Below, piece after piece: positions 36,006 to 48,865 of a stretch of DNA of 64,000 bases (positions are counted from its first letter, which is position 1; the number at the start of each line of letters is the position of its first letter). The translations under genes and the position numbers were made by a program. Under the pieces are notes generated by a model. That model was not told the origin of the DNA, did no database searches, and was given only the letters and a program-made list of their open reading frames with translations. This stretch comes from Ginglymostoma cirratum (lineage: Eukaryota): contig JAHRHZ010000122.1 in assembly GCA_024137785.1 (NCBI GenBank), positions 3,311,227-3,375,226 on the forward strand. Direction: 5' to 3'.

Positions 36006-39000
36006 TACACCTGAATTATACCACAGCTTTACATTAAGTGATCTCCCTCTGGTTGTCTGAAATTATCGTACTTAACGGCAATGGGCTTCTAATTACTTAC
36101 AATCTGGCTTGTATCAGAGCCCAACCAATTCATTTTTATAGCTCTGGAAAGCAAATGCTCTTCAGCTCTTTCATTGCTAAAGACATAATTGCTGCAGGAT
36201 TGAAACCAAATTATCAGTGCCAAGAAATATAATTGGTTTTTTGGGTTTTACACATCCCAGTTTAATAGCTCACAGGGCTGGCAGATTTAAGTACGATGCT
36301 TGAAGTCTCAGTTATCATTGCTACCCGCAGCGAACAACACTGTCAAGTATCTGCGGACCTCACCACAGAAGGTTGTTAAAGAGCAGGGTAAAACAGTTAT
36401 CATGAATAAGAGAAGCTCAAAGAATATGGAGAAGGATCAGGGTAGATATTTCAAACAAGAAATGGCTGGTTTGGAGAACTGAATTGTAGATTCTTCAAAT
36501 CAAGGAATGGAAAAGTAGGTACAGTGGCTGGGCCTGAGGAGGCAGAGGACTCTTTAGATGTAGCAAAATTATAAAAATACTTTGAGCTGATTTATAAGTT
36601 TACCAGACTAAATGAAGCAGAGGAAATTTCTTCCTTCCTAATACAAGGAGGAAGGAACAGTACAGATCTGGAGGTAATGCAGGTTGTTTTGGGAATGGCT
36701 CACCCAGTACTGGAGAACTACACAGGCTAGTGTGCCTGGTGATATCCTGTCTTTTATGCTCTTGCAAATGGAGCAGGGATGCTTCTCTGGTAAGGGAGCA
36801 GCAATAAATAACAATTCACTATGCGTTCCTCTTCCATTCCTCAACAAAGATCTGTCAGCAAGGGAATGCCTCTTGTGCGGCAGAGAGATTAGTGACGTTT
36901 AAGTGACAAGATAAGGAGGTAGGAAAAACAAAATGGCTCAGATGGGAATATCAGCAGTGAACTGGATTGTCTTAACTGTGATGCAGCTGAATAGCCTGTC
37001 AACATAAACTTCATAGGGTCACATATGAAGAAAGACTATCTGGATGAAAATTTGTGGATACTGGGATTGTCCACTCACAAGAGTTAGCACCTTTTAAGAC
37101 AGGAATTTGGGAAACTTAAAATAAAAACCAAGTTTGAAAATTAGAAATTAGGTTAACAATTGCATGACAAAAATTAAATGGCATAGCTACTGCATCTCAA
37201 ATAGATTTAACACAAAGCAAAGGACTTCTCCAGCATTTTGCGGTGAGCAACCAGCCTGAAGCCACAAGGTTATAAATACATCTTGTGAATTAATGCCACA
37301 AGTTTGTAATTTCTTAAACATGTGGAAGGTTTGCTTTTGGAGTACAGTGAATTCTCTCGATGTCTTCCTATGGGCTAAATTGTAGGGTTTAAAATCAGGC
37401 ATTTTATTAATGTAACCATCACTGCACTGGGGAGTCATTACCCTCTACAAGATAATCAGATGGAACATGCATGAACAATCTTCAAACTGTGCGCCAGGTT
37501 CCCTACGTACATTTATGAAGAGGCACCAACCTGGTGCATTTATTTTCCAATTCTAACTGATCACAATACTGAAGTCTGCTCTTGTGACAAAGGGCAGTGC
37601 AAAATGGAAGGTGTCTTCTCAGTTACTTATGGCACCATTTTACTTCTTTGCCTCACCAGATTTGGAAAGAAATAATTAATTGGGAAATTATGAAATAACT
37701 TACAACAGACAGCATAAGCTTTTGCTTGGTTCTCAATTGTACTCCCAAAACCTTTGCCCAAATGTAAATATTTTTATAGATTAGTTTCATCAGATTTTTA
37801 ATATTGTCCATAGTAGAGCGGGATAAACATTGATGTTTATTGATTATTTCTCAGAAGTATAAAAGTTCTGCATAATAATTAGCATTCAGCGATTGTACAT
37901 TGGAGCTCTGACCCTTTTTGCTTCATGCTTGCGTTTAAATAGCCAAGCTTTTTATTTTGAAGCTTCTGAACCACAAGGATTCAGTAAACATTGTGAGGCT
38001 TTGATACTGTGAAATAGCAGCTGATCTATGTAATGAAAAGTACATCAGTTTGTCTGCAACTTTTGTTCCAATATGTTTTCAAAAGATCTCAAAATATGTT
38101 CAATAAGCAAGTCAAGCCGGGGATGACAAAGCTAACTGACAGCAATGTCCGAGGTCATTGAGCAGGAACAGCATCAATGATTGTCTCATAGCTTTGCAGC
38201 CAGTCGTCTCAGACATTGAATTTAAGTGCAGGTGCTTGAACCAGATTGTCAGTCAGCAAACAGTCTGGACAAGTCTGATTAGCAACTAATTTCAGGGAGT
38301 TAGTCGTGTTGAATAATAACTTAGTGATTTTCTTTCCAAATTAAAAAAATGAAACAGGTAGTAATGTTGGTACATTACTGTGAATACACAATGTTGATTT
38401 AGGTACTGTCCATTTACATCTCCTCTGTTAAGTAAATCATTTGCTCCTTTTTGACCCAAGACTCAATCTGATCCATTTAACATCAAATATGTAATCCACT
38501 TCCTGGTAAAGATAATAATGATGTGGTGGCACAAGATACTAATCACCAGTTTAATGAAAAATCTCAAGAATACTCGGATAAATCCCTGAGTCTTATGATT
38601 GGTTCTCCAGATATGGTAAAAGTATGTTATAGGTATGGAATCAATACCAAACCTGAATAACACCTTGCTACATATTGAACCAAAAGTGGGAATGTTCCCA
38701 TTGTCTGTTTCTGATCATTCTTTTGCCTAAAAAGAAAGCTTTCCTATCCACTCTCCAAAAAAACATACATTTTAAATGTTTACTTAAAGAGCCATGACCT
38801 ATGGGATGACATGCCAAATGCAGCAAGATAGGAATGGTTGGGACTCTTAGTGGACTGGCTTGGACACGATGATCTGACCTGCCTCTTCTTTTGGTCATAA
38901 ACGTTCTATGATTTCTATGAAACTAATTATTTCAATAATGTTAAAACCAATTTCACTACCACGAGACTATTAAGTATCATATTTTGAAATACTGTCAATA

Positions 39001-40065
39001 AAGTGATGAAATGCATCAAACAATACAGGATAGTAATCCTATATTAGGATAGTCTCTACTGCATATTCCCTGCTTAATAGCGATACTGTATACATTCGAA
39101 TTGTTTTTCTATAACACCTTTAACAATGTTAATATGTCCCAAGGGTCTTATCAGAAAAATTGAATCAGAGTGAGAGTTATAAGAACAGATGAAAGGAGCA
39201 GGTGCAAGGGAGCATCTGACAATGAAGACAGTAGTGTTCAGCCAAACTGCTGGGTAAAAGAATCTAGAAAAATCCACTCTGATCCCCATGAGCATTCAAA
39301 CTAGTCCTGACCATCTTGATCTTGGTTAACATTACAAACAGCAATTGTTCAAGTTTAAATAAAACGTTGAAAAGGACACGTGGTCTTCAATAGCACACAC
39401 TTCTAAAGACTAAATTTCACAGCAAACCTCAGCCAGTGAATCTATCTATTCAAGAGAAGATGGTGTACATATGAAAACAGCTAACTACCTTTTGAAAGGG
39501 TCTATCAGGTCTTTGAGATGATCTTAGAAACTCCAGGATAATGTTCCAATTTCTGCTTTAGAACACCGTACAACTACGTCCAAGAGCTGACATTTTTGTG
39601 TTGCTCCAATTGCACCACGTTCCAGCAAACGTTTTATGGCTACTAACTTTGTTCATCCATACCATCACTTGCGTCCTTATTAAATATTCATGCAACTGCT
39701 GAAATCAAATTAACCTAATGCTAGTGGAGGTCCACCCTCATAGCTACTTCTCTGAATCTACCAATAAAAGTCTATGCTGAATGACTGCCATAAGACCACA
39801 GTTAAGGTTAAACATATTTTTGCTCTTTAAGCTGTGCAAAATATAAATATCAACACAGATATGATTGGACAGTCCTTACCTCTCCATTCTGCAATAAATA
39901 TTTAGTTGTGGAGCCTAGCTTTTCACTTTATGATCAGTATTTAGACTATTTTCCTTGCTGTAGAATGTTGCGAGCACATTTGAGACACCAGCTCTTTCAC
40001 AGTTTTGGGATGACCTAATCACACAATAAGAATTCCTCTGTGATGCTGTGAATGAGTTTGTGAAG

Positions 40066-40217
40066 ATTTCTTCTCCTGGGTACTTGCTGGCATGTTCATG
40101 AAGCAGTTATTTCCAATCTCACTAGAATAAACAGCAAGAGAATTTCTTCTCCTGGGTACTTGCTGGCATGTTCATGAAGCAGTTATTTCCAATCTCACTA
40201 GAATAAACAGCAAGAGA
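40066..40217. repeat. Perfect 76-bp tandem duplication in DKK4 intron 3
   Basis: 40066-40141 is identical to 40142-40217. Confidence 0.95.
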
Positions 40218-40799
40218 GGCTGAAAATATTACTCAGAGGTGTCAATACGGGGTGAACGTTTTGAATGAATTTCATATGACAGTGACAATTGTAAACAGTT
40301 TAAATTAATGAAGGCTTGCTTATGACATACATTTAAAGAAACAAAATAAGTCAGTCTCACTTCCAAGTGGGTGCTTTGTATCATAATCTTGAAGCATATA
40401 CACGCTTAAGTTTGGTAAAGATTTATATTTGAAGCAGAACTTACAATCTTTTTTTAATAAGAAAGAATGACATCAAAGCAGATCTTTTCTTTAATATCAG
40501 AAATTTACTGTAGAAAAATAAAGGTGAAATTAATTGAGAATTAATTTGGAATTGTAAGATAACAGGAATTCTGAACTATTGGATTATCATTTGAGAGGGG
40601 TTGAGGATGTCTTGTGTATTATTCTAAAGAGAGTTTCAAACTAAATGTGATAATGAGACGACAACTTTGGTAGCTCAAAGAATATTCAGAGAAAAAAGTG
40701 CAGTGAACAAAGCGATGAAGATCTCTTCCATTCAGAAGAGCACTGTAAATATTCAATAACGGACATTAGAATAAATAAGTATTACTCTCTGTGTTGCAG

Positions 40800-41053
40800 G
40801 GTTAGAAGGAGAGACATGCTTGCGAACATCAGACTGTTCTGCTGGACTGTGCTGCGCTCGTCACTTCTGGTCGAAGATTTGTCGACCTGTACTGAAAGAG
40901 GGGCAAGTCTGCTCAAAACGTGATCGCAAAGAAGGCCCACAAGGACCGGAGATCTTCCAACGATGCGACTGTGGCCCAGGTTTAGCTTGTCGCAATCAAA
41001 ACCAACGCACATCTCAATCTAACTCCCGGCTACGAGTCTGCCAACGTGTCTAG
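40800..41053 (+). CDS. DKK4: Dickkopf-4 exon 4 (colipase-fold CRD2) to stop: [84 protein letters not shown]
   Basis: gttgcag| acceptor; hallmark [15 protein letters not shown] and RLRVCQ motifs; 10 cysteines; TAG at 41051-41053. Spliced CDS is 693 nt = 230 aa plus stop. Confidence 0.96.
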
Positions 41054-41896
41054 AAAGACAGAGCGAGAGAGAGACCCCAGCCCGCACAAATTAACAGCAT
41101 CAGCTATTGCACCAGTTAAAGTAAAATTGAATCATCAAACAAAGCAGAAAATGTGGAAACCTGAGCATCAAAATGGGTGCAAAGAAGTATTAAACAAATT
41201 TTGTGAGGTGAAGCACTTGAAGTGTAGGGCGGTGAGTGTGATGGAAGAAATGTTAGTTGGATGTGTTAAATTGTATTATTAGATGCAAGTATTTGATGGC
41301 CAAAGGTGATACCCCATTTTCAAAGACAAGTAACAGAGAACAAATATGGCAGAGCAAACCGATGCAGTGTTTCAGTCAAGTATGTTAAAGCTGAATATTA
41401 CGATTATTTGAATTAAGAAAAATGTCCAACCGTACAATCCAACGTTATGATCTTCCAAATTTGACCTGTCCCTTCTATCATGACATAAGGCTAAACTGTG
41501 AATGGGCAACAAACTTGGGGAGGGCAGAAGCAGAGAATGGTTTTTAATAACTGAGACACACTAAAAGTGTTTGAACAGCATGGAATGTCGAAAATATTCA
41601 AGTATGTCAATACCTGAACTGGAAAAAGCTGAGTCCATGTTTCAGGTGCAATTATATCAGAACTGGTGAAGGTCTACAACACCCTGTCTCTTTCAGATCT
41701 TGACTAGCCTATATTTCATATCTGCAGCACCAGCAGCTCTGAATTTTCTGCCTATTATAAGGATGTTTTTCTTCAATCTGACAGCTTACAGGTTCCTTTG
41801 CACGGAGAAAACAAATGGTTAATACTGTGCATACCCAGATATCATCAACTAAGAGAGTAAGCTGTTATTCTTGTCAGCTTATCCTGCTCATAAGAA

Positions 41897-41902
41897 AATA
41901 AA
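41897..41902 (+). terminator. Candidate DKK4 polyadenylation signal (AATAAA)
   Basis: First AATAAA I found after the stop codon, about 850 nt downstream, followed by T-rich sequence. Confidence 0.45.
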
Positions 41903-43461
41903 TTTATTTTAGGATTATTTTGCAAAACGTTTTACAATTGGGAAAGTAGTGAAATTGTACATTGCGCAGGGGTCTGAAAGTGACTCTGACCCTTTTTTTG
42001 GATCATTCTCTGCTGAAGCACTCCACTATCATTCTCTTTGTTTACCATTCACTTCACGTTAGTTTTGTTATGATATCAAGGTTACATGTTTGACGGAAAT
42101 ATTTAAAGACCGAATTGTTTAAGTTTGTATGATTAACTTGTTCAAACTCCACTAACAATCGTTCACTGACATCACAACAAAAATAATTAGGATCAACCCA
42201 CCAAGAAAGCTTCTCTTCTTCACACTCTAGTCTGTTGTCCATATTCCAAACTTTAAATCTGGTAACCTTTTACAGCTTTATTCTTCACCCCGAGTTAATG
42301 TCCTCCTCCTAAGCCTCTTTGAGGTTGCAGCACTTGAGAGGTTTTCAAGTCAGGAAAAGTCTTTCTGCTTCATGCTCCTTGAGTTGTGCCATGCATATTC
42401 TCCACTAGGCAGCCAGCTTGAGAGGATCTGCCAGCTAGCTTTTTGTCGCTCCACGTTCTGTATTTGGAAATCCACTCCCTCCACACTGCCATTATCATCA
42501 TGTGGCAAACACATTTCTGCATCCATTTGCTCCATCACATCATGTACATTTAGAGTAATCTACTTTTCATGCAAAGTTCAGTGTTAAATGTGTCTTTCAA
42601 TATGGCCACACCCTGAGTAGCAATAACAAAGGCTCCACAGACAAAATACCTTGATTTGGTTGTTTGATAAGATCAGAGGCTGTACTGTTAACAGCCTATA
42701 TGCTGTCTAAAATTGAAAAATCAGTAGGTTGCTTACTTCGTTCGATTGACTCACCACTATCAATATAATCCAATATTCTATTAATTGTAAAACAATGCAA
42801 TTAACATGTCACGTATGTTTGAAACTGCTTACAACTGCTTATATTGTATGACAACACATAGTTGGCACACATAAAGGATCTGAAATACAACAGTACATGT
42901 GTGCTGTTCAGAAAAGCCATTTGGCACCATCAGGCCAAGTTGACGTTTTATCTTCCACCCTAGCAAACAGAACTGGATGGATGTCCTGGACTCTAAGCAA
43001 TGCTAGGTTCTGCACAGAGATTGGAGACAGTAAAAATTCCAACAAATGCCTGCAAAATAACTTTTCCCATCTTCAATACCAAAGCATGACATGTTCGGCA
43101 GGACCTCGCCATCATCATACACCAGGTCTTTTCCAAAGTTTTAACCTTGCCAAGGTCAGAACTCTGCATCTCAGGTGAGCACCAACATAATTTGATCCAA
43201 ATTCCGAGGAAGTCTCGGAGCAATTTCTTGCAGTGAAGGGCAGTCTTTGTATTATTTTAAACATTAATTTCTGAAATATTTGAGAACGTTTGGATATACA
43301 ATCTTCCGTATATCTTAGAATTGAGATAAACTCTGTAAAAGTTTCTCATGATACTAGCAAATTACAGGGTGTTGAATCAGTTTGGCAAATTCTACAGAAG
43401 TATTCACAAATAACTACTTAAACCAGAACAACTATTAGCTAACCGACAATTTAGCAGTTTA

Positions 43462-43636
43462 GAGATAATAGGAACTGCAGATGCTGGAGAATCTGAGATA
43501 ACAAGGTGTAGAGCTGGATGAACACAGCAGGCCAAGCAGCATCATAGGAGCAGGAAGGCTGACGTTTTGGGCCGAGACCCTTCATCAGAATTTCTGATGA
43601 AGGGTCTAGGCCTGAAACGTCAGCCTTTCTGCTCCT
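43462..43636. mobile_element. Self-inverted Penelope-like terminal repeat (family A), between the DKK4 and POLB 3' ends
   Basis: Central palindrome cccttcatcagaatttctgatgaaggg (43578-43604); 14-bp TSD aatttagcagttta at 43448-43461 and 43637-43650. Confidence 0.8.
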
Positions 43637-44827
43637 AATTTAGCAGTTTACTTGAGTTCTCCACCCATACTCTAAAGCTGCCAACTATTCATGTCAGTTT
43701 TCATGAAATTTGAGAGCTATCTCCTGCCATAGAGTTCATAGAAACTTTCACTGTTTACCATCACTATGGTTAGTTTATGGTAGATAGAAAAATTCACAGT
43801 TCGTCAAGAGACATGGCAATCCCGACTTTAGCTGGTTTCATGATCAAGCTGTCATTCAGCTTCAAATCCCAGTGACATAGTTGATAATATTCCAAAACCG
43901 AAAAAAAACTTACTGTAGTCAAAACTTTCTTATTTTATTCAAAGTGCATGTTCTTATTTATTTATTGCTAATCATATTATTAATCTAAGATCATGTGGGT
44001 TAGGATCATTTTTCATTCTGATAACAGAACAGTAACTTACCTATTTATCCTTTCTTTACTTACTCCAACACTGATAACTCAATTATCAATTCTGTGTGCT
44101 GACTGCATTGCAACAGCAAAATGCATACAAAAAAAATCAAAACTTAGTGTATATTCTGAAAATGAGTCTGCAATTCTGCTCGAAAAATATCAGATAGCAA
44201 TTTTCTTCAAATCTGAACTGCTTAATCTTTTACTCATTGCAGTGAATGTTTGCTGTATTTTAAGGAACAAAATAAGTGATTTACCTTAGAGACAGCACAG
44301 TGCACTAAAACAGATGCCACAATTGTCAAATGAATTGCACAGCATTTGTACCAACAGTTTGGAAGCTGTGTCCCAGGACCTGTTGCAGAGAGCTTGTAGC
44401 ATTCACAACTTGTGGAAATTTATTGCCAGAGAAAACCTAATGAGAGTGCAGTGTTACCCTCTGTTCATGAGCCTGCCATAAATGTAAAAGCTATGAATTG
44501 CCTACACAGTCACTGAAGTGAATGTTTATGAAGCTTTTACCTAATTTATATTGAACATTATATGATGTTGGCAAAATAGGGGCCACTCAGATTTGTACAG
44601 TTTTTTGTTGGCTTTCCAAGCAGTTTGTGAATACTATACTTTGGAACGAGAGGGCATTGCGTTTGGAAAGTATCACTATAATTACTTTAGCATTTAAAAA
44701 GGTCCAATAGTGAAAGTTGCCATGGCTTGTGTTCTTTAAGATCATATATGTGCAGCCCTTTGGTTTCACTACTTTTACATACAGTATTGATTAATCATGT
44801 GCATTTTTTGTATTTAATATTCTATTT

Positions 44828-44873
44828 TTTATTCATTATTAAATGCGACAATGAGTCTACAAAATGGTTTATT
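44828..44873 (-). terminator. Candidate POLB polyadenylation signals (two AATAAA on the minus strand)
   Basis: TTTATT on the plus strand at 44868-44873 and 44828-44833, about 240-280 nt past the POLB stop. Confidence 0.45.
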
Positions 44874-45111
44874 GATATTACTGCACAGTACTTTATCGAA
44901 TGATGGTCTTCTCTACAAATACATTCAAACTTCATGCATAATATACCAGTCACATTTGTGTACACAAAGTTCTTTCGCAAGCAAATTGAGAAATTCTTAT
45001 GAAGGTTTTAACTAGCTCTACATTTATCAGGACTCACTGTATTCTTATTCCTACAGAACTTCAGAGTATTTTTCATGTAAAGAGGTCCTTAGGATAACCC
45101 TCAGGCGACAA

Positions 45112-45206
45112 TCACTCACTTCGCTCTTGTGGCTCTCGGTATTGCCAGTCAATGTAATCAAAGATGTCCTTTTCACTTTCAACAGGCAGTGGTTCTCCTG
45201 GCACTC
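45112..45206 (-). CDS. POLB: DNA polymerase beta, last exon: [31 protein letters not shown]
   Basis: ctgcag| acceptor, phase compatible with the previous exon; matches the POLB C-terminus (human [31 protein letters not shown]); TGA stop. Confidence 0.96.
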
Positions 45207-46001
45207 CTGCAGTTAACAAACAGTAGGCTGTTAATGATACAGACACAATTCTACTGAATGAAATCAATTTAGAATGAAGATGAAGATCCATTTTTAATAT
45301 TCAGGTGGAGATAGCAGAAGTTTATTAAGCAAGAGAATCAAGGGTTGGGGGAAAGTGCAGGAAATTAGAGATGAGGATTATCAGGTCAGCCATGATATCA
45401 CTGAATGGCACAACAGACTCACTGGGTTAAATGGCCAACTTCTGCTCCTAGGTTTTATGGTCTTAAAAAGCTAGAGAGTGAACTCAAAAGAGAAACTACT
45501 TTGGTGACACAGACTTCACCTTCAATTTCAGCAAGTCGTTAGTGTTACCACGATTAATTAGGTCATAATACTTTTCCCTCTTAAGGGTACAGTTAGCCAG
45601 TGGACACACCACCAAGGGTGTGGGGATAGTGGATCCATTTATCTAAAATGGATAAGAGAACTGTAAGAAAACAGTTCACACATACAAGGATGCCTTCGAT
45701 CTGTCAATTTACCACTTGCAAGCAGAGATTATTCTGATTCAATAAAAAAAGTTGCTTGCAGAAGACTTATAGTAAGTCAAAGAACAGGAATGATTACAGA
45801 AGTTAAATTTTTCTCAAGAGCTTCAATTAAATATTTGCAACATCACACTGCTGATGCGCAGAAGTCCAGTGCAACATGAAACAAAGCAAAAGTAAGTCAT
45901 AAATCCTTGCTGCCAAGGATTTTAACTTGAATATATCACTGTGAATTTTGCCCTGATGTATCCAGAATCACAAGATACGAAGAAATAACACTCTTCATCA
46001 A

Positions 46002-46656
46002 GAGATAAAAGGTACTGCAGATGCTGGAGAATCCGAGATAACAAGCATGGGGCTGGATGAACACAGCAGGTCAAGCAGCATCATAGGAGCAGGAAAACTT
46101 GACGTTTCGGGCCTAAACCCTTCATCAGAAATTTCTGATGAAGGGNNNNNNNNNNNNNNNNNNNNNNNNNNNNNNNNNNNNNNNNNNNNNNNNNNNNNNN
46201 NNNNNNNNNNNNNNNNNNNNNNNNNNNNNNNNNNNNNNNNNNNNNNNNNNNNNNNNNNNNNNNNNNNNNNNNNNNNNNNNNNNNNNNNNNNNNNNNNNNN
46301 NNNNNNNNNNNNNNNNNNNNNNNNNNNNNNNNNNNNNNNNNNNNNNNNNNNNNNNNNNNNNNNNNNNNNNNNNNNNNNNNNNNNNNNNNNNNNNNNNNNN
46401 NNNNNNNNNNNNNNNNNNNNNNNNNNNNNNNNNNNNNNNNNNNNNNNNNNNNNNNNNNNNNNNNNNNNNNNNNNNNNNNNNNNNNNNNNNNNNNNNNNNN
46501 NNNNNNNNNNNNNNNNNNNNNNNNNNNNNNNNNNNNNNNNNNNNNCCCTTCATCAGAAATTTCTGATGAAGGGTTTAGGCCCGAAACGTCAAGTTTTCCT
46601 GCTCCTATGATGCTGCTTGACCTGCTGTGTTCATCCAGCCCCATGCTTGTTATCTC
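46002..46656. mobile_element. Self-inverted Penelope-like terminal repeat (family A, young subfamily) spanning the assembly gap
   Basis: Arms are exact reverse complements (the two 187-aa ORFs on opposite strands are identical); TSD acactcttcatcaaga at 45988-46003 and 46657-46672. Confidence 0.8.
46146..46545. other. Assembly gap (400 N)
   Basis: Run of N; both flanks carry the same 28-nt palindrome. Confidence 0.99.
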
Positions 46657-46983
46657 ACACTCTTCATCAAGAACTCAGTTTAGGAACAGCAGGCTCAATC
46701 CTCCACTCAGGAATTATACATTGCTGCAAAATCAAATCACAGCTAGGAATCTGTCAAGGCTTAAAAAACAAGCAAGAAAGTTTTGTTGATACTCCGTCAC
46801 AGCTTAAAAATAACCTGAATGATGTGTCATAGAGCTGCTCTAATTGCTCAGTGTGATAACGTAACAGCCAAAGGGGGGCTACTAGACGTCCAGTTCAATT
46901 CCCAATTTGATCAGCCTCTGGTACATTCCAGCCAAAGCAACAGTTAGAGCTGCTTCAAATGACCCTGCAAGGCTAGACTTTAT

Positions 46984-47183
46984 AGAAAAAAAACAGAATT
47001 GCTGGAGAAGATCAGTGGGTTTGGCAGCAGCTGAGGAGAGATGTAACATTTGAAAAAGTGTCATACTGGACTCGAAATGTTAACTGTTTGTTTCCACAAA
47101 TGCTGCCAGATCTGCTAAGTTTCTCCAGCAATTTATGATTTCAATTCAGTCCTCCAGCAGCTGCATGATTTTGCCTTTTTTTT
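46984..47183. mobile_element. Older self-inverted Penelope-like terminal repeat, family B-related
   Basis: Arms aattgctggagaa...tggcagca / tgctgcca...ttctccagcaatt with a decayed core (gtgtc-atactg-gactc-gaaa-tgtt). Confidence 0.6.
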
Positions 47184-47789
47184 TTGAGTAAAGTACAACA
47201 CACCATTTTCCATTGCGAAAGTTGCTCAATAAGCCTTTTGGGAAACTGTGAACATTGGGTGAGAATAAAAACACGTTCAGACATTGTGCTTTTTGCAGGA
47301 TAGAACAAGAGGAGGTTGGGGTGGACTTCACCCAGGAGAAAGGTTGAACAGGGTGGGAATTTTTAAACTGCAGAGATTTTTTTGCTTCAGGCATCAGGGC
47401 TCAAAAGATCTTTCTGTTATATCACGCCCACCATCAGAAAAGCACCCAATCGCTAACATGGGTCTCTAGTCCAAGTATTGTGGCAGCCTTTGCTGCCTCA
47501 GAGCTTGCAGTCCCAAAATCTTGTTGGAGAACCCCAGCTATATAGTTAGTGGGAACTAAATTTGGCTGGATTACTTTCACATCCTTTAAAAGTGTTTCAA
47601 AATGCTCCCATCACGACAGCCAACTCCTGGCCCTCCCCATTACAACTAAAGTATGATTCATTACTCTTACACAGAACCATGGAATTGGTTGAAGAATGAA
47701 AAACATGGAAGGCTCAAACAGGACATCTAATTCATTCTGACACAGTATTTTGAGTCCATTTTAAGCACCAGAATTGTACACCATCACCA

Positions 47790-48865
47790 ATTCAGCTGAC
47801 AGCAGAAACATGTTCCAAGGTGAATTGAGATGCAGAGAAATCTGGGTGTCCTAATGTATGAACCACAGAAGGTTTGTGTACTGGTAAAGTAAGGAATCAG
47901 GAAAGCTAATAGAATGTTATATTGTTTGATGAGGAAATTGAATTCAAGAGTAGGGAGATTATGCTTCACTTAAACAATGCACTGGGGAGACCACATTTGA
48001 AGTAGTGTGTATAGTACTGGTCTCTTAGCGAAGGATGGCAATGTGTTGGAAGCAGTTTAGAGGTTTACTGGATTAAAACCTGTAAAGAGTAGATGGCCTT
48101 ATAGGGAAAGACCAGACAGATTTGGCCTGTATCCTCTGGAATGCAGAAGATTCAGAGGTGACTTAAATGAAACATAAAAAGCTTGAGGGTTTGGTGATTG
48201 TAATGAGGTCAGCCAGGTAGACCTCAGAGAATATCAGTTCCCTGATTGGGGCTGTTAATCTGGTCCAATCAGGGAACCCGGGCTGACAGATAAGAACAGA
48301 AGAGACAGAGGTTCTGTTCATTCTGAGAGGTGGCTCTGGGGAAGCTGGATCAGTGTCAAGGACTCTCCTGTGTAAATAAAGGATGACTTAGTGACTGGGT
48401 ACCCACTCCGGTGAAGTTATGAATTTTGAGAGGATGTTTCCTCTTGTGGGAGAATCTAGAACTCGAGATCACAGTTTGAAAATAAGAGTTACCTCAATTA
48501 AGACCATAAGACACAGTAGAAGTAGGCCATTCAGCTCACTGACTCTGCTTTGCCATTCAATGAGACCATGACTGATCTGATAATCCCCAACTTCACTTTC
48601 CTGCTTTCTGCCCAAAACAGAGATGAGGAAACACTTTTCTCTCAGAGGATTGAGAGTCTTAGGAATTTCCTTCCTCCAAACGCAGTGGATGCAGAATTTT
48701 TAAATATGTTTAAACAAGAGATGGTGAGAATTTTTATTACCAAGGGGAGGAAAGATTATCAGGGATATGCAGGAATGTAGAGTTGAGGTTAAAATCAAAT
48801 TAGCCATGATCTTATATAATAGCAGAGCAGATGGGAGGATCCAGTAGCCTCTTCTTGCTCCTTGT
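47790..48865 (+). mobile_element. Decayed CR1 3' fragment in the last POLB intron, carrying nested insertions
   Basis: CR1 C-terminal and 3' UTR similarity to 11915-12370; interrupted at 48199-48420 and about 48503-48612. Confidence 0.7.
48199..48420 (+). mobile_element. Probable solo LTR
   Basis: Starts TGTAA, has a 13-bp internal inverted repeat containing CCAAT (48237-48249 / 48265-48277) and AATAAA at 48375-48380; interrupts a CR1 fragment; terminal CA not seen. Confidence 0.5.

Noticed and set aside
19686-41053. Calling the Dickkopf gene DKK1 or DKK2
   Set aside because: The short N-terminus with LVLDxNNIRSS, CRGLRRxCQRD and RLRVCQ, together with POLB adjacency, fits DKK4 better; a phylogeny is still needed for proof.
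46047-46644. Four ORFs of 142-187 aa, identical in pairs on opposite strands
   Set aside because: Artefacts of translating through 400 N flanked by a perfect inverted repeat.
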